This document shows, piece by piece, positions 7,922-12,589 of a DNA stretch of 12,589 nucleotides (positions within the stretch are counted from its first letter, which is position 1; each line of letters begins with the position of its first letter). Under the pieces are notes generated by a model, which was not told the origin of the DNA, made no database searches, and was given only the letters and a program-made list of their open reading frames with translations. This DNA comes from Candidatus Eiseniibacteriota bacterium. GTDB lineage: Bacteria; Eisenbacteria; RBG-16-71-46; CAZAMP01. The DNA lies in assembly GCA_965224245.1 (NCBI GenBank), contig CBDCYW010000002.1, forward strand, positions 1 to 12,589, written 5' to 3'. The translations under genes were made by a program, and so were the position numbers.

Positions 7922-8512
7922 TTGCCGTACCGCGCCCCCGAGACCATGACCACCGCCGAGCAGCGACGCCTCCTCGACGTCAGCGCCGAGAGCCCGAGGC
8001 CGCGCGATCACGTGATGATCTCGCTCGCGCTCGGCACCGGGCTTCGACTCGGTGAGCTGCTCGCGCTCGACGTCGGTGACGTGAGCCCCGATGGCGTCCA
8101 CGTGCGCACGCGCGTGAAGCTGCGCGTGGAGACGACCAAGGGCGCGCGCAAGGGCGAGGTGTTTCTGCCGGATCGGGTCGTCGAGAAGCTGACGCGGTTC
8201 CTGGCGTGGAAGCGCATGATGGGGGAGTCGCTCGATGGCGACGCGCCGTTGTTTGTGTCGTCATGGGGGCGGCGGTTGTCGCCGAGGCGGACGCAGATGA
8301 TGTTTCAAACGTGGCAGCGGAGAGCAGGCTTCGATCGACTGTACAACTGGCACTGCACCAGGCACTCGGCCATTTCCAACGTCTACCGAGCGTCTCGGGA
8401 CCTCTTTCTCGCCCAGAGGTTCGCTCGCCACGCGTCACCCCTCACCACCATCATCTACACCCATGTATCAGATGAGGAGATGGCGGAGAGGGTACGAGCG
8501 TTACCGTGCTAG
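7922..8512 (+). CDS. Short tyrosine recombinase/integrase (catalytic domain only, 196 aa)
   Basis: RDHVMISLALGTGLRLGEL (Arg), TKG (Lys), HCTRH (HxxR), FARHASPLTTIIYTH (His, Tyr). GGAGGTGA RBS before TTG 7922. Confidence 0.93.
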   Translation: MPYRAPETMTTAEQRRLLDVSAESPRPRDHVMISLALGTGLRLGELLALDVGDVSPDGVHVRTRVKLRVETTKGARKGEVFLPDRVVEKLTRFLAWKRMMGESLDGDAPLFVSSWGRRLSPRRTQMMFQTWQRRAGFDRLYNWHCTRHSAISNVYRASRDLFLAQRFARHASPLTTIIYTHVSDEEMAERVRALPC

Positions 8513-8620
8513 TCTTGTTCGGTCCTTTACGCAAGGGCGGTCGGACACGCACGTGAGCCGGCCCCCACGAAGGTGGGGAGAGAGGCTAACGGGTACCCCT
8601 CTTTCGTGTCTGGTGATGAA

Positions 8621-9792
8621 ATGGCAAACAGCGTGACGGTGGCGAGCCGCGTTGGTCTTCTGGTCGCACTGGCGGCGATCGGCATCGGGTGTGCTTCGAC
8701 CGCGCACGTTCGAGCCCGATCAGGCATGGTAGCGATCTGCGACCCAGTTGTCGCGATCCACCCAGACTCGACGATCGGACGGTGGCGAGATGGCCCATTT
8801 GAGGATTGGAAGAAGATCGGTCCGCGGGGTCTCGCCATGGACGTCGTGGGGGTGGATGAGGTTCTTGCGGATGAACTGCGATCACTCGGATCGCAGGCGA
8901 TCGAGCTGGGAAGGACTGCGGCTGAGACGCAGTGCGACTTCATTGTGGTGCCCGCGATCGTGGCTGCGAAGCTCCGAAACGTGGGTACGGACTACCTTCG
9001 TCGTGCGTCAGTCACGGCGACAGTTCGGTGGATCGGCATCGAGAACCCCTCAGGTCGAGGTCGCTTTGAGATCGAGAACGTCTGCGCGGCGGAGGGTGGG
9101 TCCGCCCGGAAGGCATGGATGGAAGCACTCCGCGTCGGTCTACGATCTATGCTCGCGGATGGGAGGATCGGCGAGCACTGGTTGTCCACCGCGCCGACCG
9201 CGCAGGATGAGGCGGCGATCGAGGCGGCGGATCAACCGGCGGGGGATTGGCTGCTGGAAGCCCGGAGGTCCGTGTTCACGCTCCTCAACTACCGCGACCA
9301 TGGCCACGGAAGTGGCTTTGCGTTTGCCAACGGCGGCTGGGGGTTCAGCAACGTACACGTCTTCGGCAGGTCGTCCGCCCTGTTTGCTACGGTAGATGGA
9401 ACCGATCAACGCGCCGCGCTCGCGTGGCGCCGAAACCGCGAACGGGATGTCGTTCTTTTCAGGTTCTCAGGCGACCCGGTCGCGAGCTTGCCGGTAGCGA
9501 GCACTCCGCCTGAGATCGGCGCCGATGTGTTTGTAATCGGCAGTCCGCTGGAGTGGAACGCGGCCGGTAGTGTCGCGAAGGGCGTCGTCAGCAACCGTGC
9601 GATGCGCGAGGGGCAAGAGTTCATGCAAACGGACGCGCCAGTCAATCCGGAAACAGCGGGGGCCCCGTCCTCAACGAACATGGATCGGTTGTGGGCGTCA
9701 TCGTGGAAAAAGTCGTTGGGCTTGCCGTCGAAGGAATTGGTTACGCAATCCCGATTGAGAACGCGATGGAGTCAGTGGACTGGCCTAACTGA
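8621..9792 (+). CDS. Lipoprotein with C-terminal trypsin-like (S1C/HtrA-type) protease domain; frameshifted at ~9647-9650
   Basis: Signal plus lipobox-like VGLLVALAAIGIGC. Motifs GSGFAF, SNVHV (His) and RDVVLF (Asp). One added base restores [45 protein letters not shown]...WPN* (stop 9790-9792). Confidence 0.85.
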
Positions 9793-9830
9793 CTCACTCT
9801 GTTGAGGCTGCGAGTCCGGAAGAAACGCCG

Positions 9831-10984
9831 TCAGCGCTCACCCCTGATCCGATAGTTCGCCTCCAGCCCATCCCAGAGCCGCTTGAACGCCATTCCGAAC
9901 GCCCGCTTATCCTCCCAGCCCCGGAAATCGACGATGTTGTACGTCCGCTTCATGTGTGCGAGATCGGCTTTGCCGATGCCGAGCCTCGACGGCGGGTTCT
10001 CCCACGTGTTGTCGATGCTAATGGGGCAGAGGACCGGCCTGCCGAGTTCACGCTCCTTCTTCTCCGCGGCCTCGACCTCCAAGCCCACCCACTTCGACTC
10101 CAGGGACTCTCTCGACAGGACGAGGATGGTCACGTCGTTCAGACGGATCGCGCGAGTGAGTGAGGCTCGATCTCCCCGGCGTCCATGTCCTTGATGTCGC
10201 GCCAGTGGCGGAAGCCCTTCGAGTCGAACTCGGTCGAGAGACGGTCAACGAAGCGGGTGTTGGCGTCGCAACGGGCGTAAGAGATGAAGGCGCCGCCGAT
10301 CAGGAGCGGGCCGGCGGAGACGAGCTCGTCGATCTTGTAGATGATGCGATGGATGGCGTCTTCGTTGCCGACGTTCTCGGGGCGTCGGAGGTCATACGTG
10401 AGGATGGCGAGGTCGGAGAGGCCGCAGGTTCGCAGAAACTCCATCGGCAGCGACGGATTGATCTCCAGTGTGCCGACATCAATCGCGCATGGGCCGGAGT
10501 TGACAATACGATCCAGACCGGTTGCTCCTGTCAGGCTGGTTCGGAAGAATCCAGCACCTTGGAGCATGGCGCGGTCGGCAGCCGCCCGGTCTAGTACCGC
10601 GAGTCGGAGGTCACAGAACTCGGCGCGTGCGCCGTTGAGCTGGGCAGCGGTTAGGTTCGCCTGACTGAGATCAGTTCCACGCAGCCTGCTGGTCCGGGTG
10701 CGTGGAGTGGCGAGTCTTCGCGGTGATGAGGGACTGAAAGGTCCCAAATCGACTCCTTGCAGGTTCGCAGCACGGAGGTCGATGAAGCTCAGGTTCGCGC
10801 CACGCAGATCCGCACCACCCAGGTCCGCGCCACGTAGGTCAATCGGGATTCGCCATCGCATGTTCGTGTGGGCAGCCGGAACAACACCCTGGCTCTGTTG
10901 GGAATCGTGCCACTCATTCCACTCCTCCACCCGTTCCGCCTTCAGCGTCTCAATCGCCCACTCCCGCGACCCGATCTCTGCCAT
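9831..10984 (-). CDS. Pentapeptide-repeat + TIR (TIR_2-like) domain protein; frameshifted at ~10160
   Basis: Repeats DLRGADLGGADLRGANLSFIDLRAANLQGVDL. TIR start AFISYAR...FVDRL...GFRHWRDIKDMDAG. One added base gives EIEPxLTRAIRLNDVTILVLSRESLESKWVGLEVEAAEKKE...VLCPISID, about 384 aa in total. Confidence 0.85.
10943..10984 (-). repeat. Copy A of a 42-bp direct repeat (start of the pentapeptide-TIR gene)
   Basis: 38/42 identical to 12005-12046, with 27 bp perfect; encodes MAEIGSREWAIETL. Confidence 0.9.
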
Positions 10985-11922
10985 CACTCGTCCTCGCCCG
11001 GCACGATGAGCCGATTGTTCCTAATGTACAGCTTACCGTTGGGGTTGGGCTGGTACTCGTTGATCCACTCGAGGATGGCCTCGTAGTCCTTGAGTTCGAA
11101 GTCGTAGCGGGATGCCTTGAAGTCCTTGACGCCCTTCGTGAAATGCGACGTTGTCGCGAGCATGGCATTCGCCGCCCGTACTTCACCCTTTACCGCGTAC
11201 AGCGACCGCGCGATGTCGATGCCGACTTTGCGGTCGAGCCGGTACTTTTTGCACTCGATGATCCACGAGGTACGCACGCCAGCCCCGTCCTTTGAGATCG
11301 CGAGGATATCGTACCCGCCGTCTCGGGTTGGCGGCGTGAGCTGCACGGACCAGCCGTAGCCTGCGAGGATCTCAGCGATCAACTCCTCAAACTGGTGGGG
11401 TCGTATCACGTCAAGCTTGTGCGGGTGTTGCTGGAGGTGGGCAATGAGTCGCGCAGCAACCAGGTCGACGACTTCCACCAGTTCACCGGGGGGATCGGCG
11501 GGGCCGAACAGTCGGTGAGGCGGTGCAACGGAGTCTTGAGCCTCCAGAATGCCACCATAGACGTTGTCGTATTCGTCGCTCGCATACCGAGGCAGTGCCG
11601 TCGCTGTCGAGAGTTCGGGCAGGCGCAACGGAGGATCGTAGGTTTCCTTACACGCGACCCGCATGCGAACCCAGTAGTATGTGTTGTATGGTGGAGTCTG
11701 CGCTTCTTCGTCGTCGCCGATCACGATGCGCTCATCCTGCGTCACGGCAGAAACTAGGCCCCACCCAGCCAGAAGAGTGGGATCTGAGGAATCGACAACA
11801 AGCAGCGAGTCACCCGGCGAGATTTGGAGCGGAGCCCAAACCGAGTAGCTAAGCTGGAGCTCTCCTTCGACCTTCCCGTTGGACGTGTCTCGAAGTGCGA
11901 TCCAGCTAGACATGTTGTTCAT
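10984..11922 (-). CDS. Mrr-family (PD-(D/E)xK) restriction endonuclease with N-terminal EVE/PUA-like domain
   Basis: FEELIAEILAGYGWSVQLTPPTRDGGYDILA...IIECKKY...VG....RSLY...AMLATTSHFT is Mrr_cat-like. N-terminus ISPGDSLLVV...LAGWGLVS...YWVRMRV...DPPLRLPEL resembles EVE. Start 11922 or 11913; stop overlaps the TIR ATG (TGATG). Confidence 0.82.
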   Translation of the reverse strand: MNNMSSWIALRDTSNGKVEGELQLSYSVWAPLQISPGDSLLVVDSSDPTLLAGWGLVSAVTQDERIVIGDDEEAQTPPYNTYYWVRMRVACKETYDPPLRLPELSTATALPRYASDEYDNVYGGILEAQDSVAPPHRLFGPADPPGELVEVVDLVAARLIAHLQQHPHKLDVIRPHQFEELIAEILAGYGWSVQLTPPTRDGGYDILAISKDGAGVRTSWIIECKKYRLDRKVGIDIARSLYAVKGEVRAANAMLATTSHFTKGVKDFKASRYDFELKDYEAILEWINEYQPNPNGKLYIRNNRLIVPGEDE

Positions 11923-12004
11923 CCCCGTTTCCAATCGCGACCATTGGGATGTGCCAACAAGTGACGTGTGATCGAAGGAAGCCCAGTGGCACCTGATGAG
12001 TTGC

Positions 12005-12046
12005 CAGCATCTCAATCGCCCACTCCCGCGACCCGACTTCCGCCAT
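12005..12046 (-). repeat. Copy B: orphan 5' start of the pentapeptide-TIR gene
   Basis: MAEVGSREWAIEML with a GAGAGG RBS upstream; runs into unrelated sequence and stops at 11906 (46 aa). Confidence 0.85.
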
Positions 12047-12165
12047 GGCGCCCTCTCATAGAGTTGGTGAATGGCGGGAGTATAGACAGGAGAGTCAGTC
12101 CGGCGAAATCTCAATGCGGCAGTCGTTCGCGGACAAGTGGCCGATGGCAGGGGAGGTAGGGCTCC

Positions 12166-12387
12166 CTATTCCTGCCATCCGTGCTCTGCTTTGACCTTCT
12201 CCATGGCCGCGATGACGCGGGCGATGTCGGGATTGTCCGCGATGTCCTCGTACTTCTTCCGCCACGCTTCGAACTCAGCCATTGCCATGGCAAGAGCTTC
12301 GGCGCGTTCACGGGGAGTGAGCGCTTCACGAGCTCTTACCTTTCGCTCCAACCTCAGCCGGCCAACTTCATCCTCGGGAGCTGACAT
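12166..12387 (-). CDS. Small alpha-helical hypothetical protein (73 aa)
   Basis: GGAGG RBS before the ATG; protein-like amphipathic sequence; no family recognised. Confidence 0.65.
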   Translation of the reverse strand: MSAPEDEVGRLRLERKVRAREALTPRERAEALAMAMAEFEAWRKKYEDIADNPDIARVIAAMEKVKAEHGWQE

Positions 12388-12471
12388 CGTGTCCTCCGTG
12401 GAACAGTGAGTGGGACAGCGAGTATACCGTCGAAAGCGAGTGTCTGCCTCCGTTCGCGGCCACTGACCTCG

Positions 12472-12588
12472 CTACGAGGGCAGCACGCGCCGTTGATCGC
12501 TCCACCTGGCGGTCCGCAACGCCTCCCTCAACCGCCGCTCCCCAACCACGATCGTCCCATCGAGCAGCCTCACCTGGATATCCGGTGC
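12472..12588 (-). CDS. Possible 3' end of a gene entering from beyond the window
   Basis: Open frame APDIQVRLLDGTIVVGERRLREALRTARWSDQRRVLPS* with high GC3. Confidence 0.4.
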   Translation of the reverse strand, partial: APDIQVRLLDGTIVVGERRLREALRTARWSDQRRVLPS

Positions 12589-12589
12589 C

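Noticed and set aside
4223-8512. Classical integron
   Set aside because: The recombinase is too short and shows no IntI-specific insertion, no attC-like sites were seen, and cargo lies in both orientations.
8562-8578. CCCCAC-GAAG-GTGGGG hairpin after the recombinase
   Set aside because: There is no U-tract, so it cannot be called a terminator.

Overview
GC-rich bacterial accessory region. Two C-terminal FlgD-Ig-like domains and a C-terminal 'SWxxVKSLYR' motif suggest an Eisenbacteria/Krumholzibacteriota/Latescibacterota-like host (inference). The core is a divergent pair: a short 196-aa catalytic-domain-only tyrosine recombinase (7922-8512, +) and an uncharacterised ~201-aa gene I call 'gene X' (7594-6988, -; Lys/Ala-rich tail, coiled coil, conserved C-terminal domain). 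Twin back-to-back promoter-like motifs lie between them. Downstream of gene X is an array in which cargo genes alternate with progressively shorter, diverged 3'-end remnants of gene X (5411-5979, 4275-4413). The cargo comprises a secreted protein, an NDT/TIR-like protein, and an S8 protease plus FlgD-domain protein. One remnant is interrupted by a 283-bp non-coding element with RIT-like TTATGCCG ends plus a 32-bp palindrome. Right of the recombinase lie a lipoprotein/trypsin-like protease, a pentapeptide-TIR gene, an EVE-like/Mrr endonuclease bracketed by a duplicated TIR gene start, and a small hypothetical gene. Three single-base frameshifts may be sequencing errors. All family calls and counts were made by eye; no searches were run.
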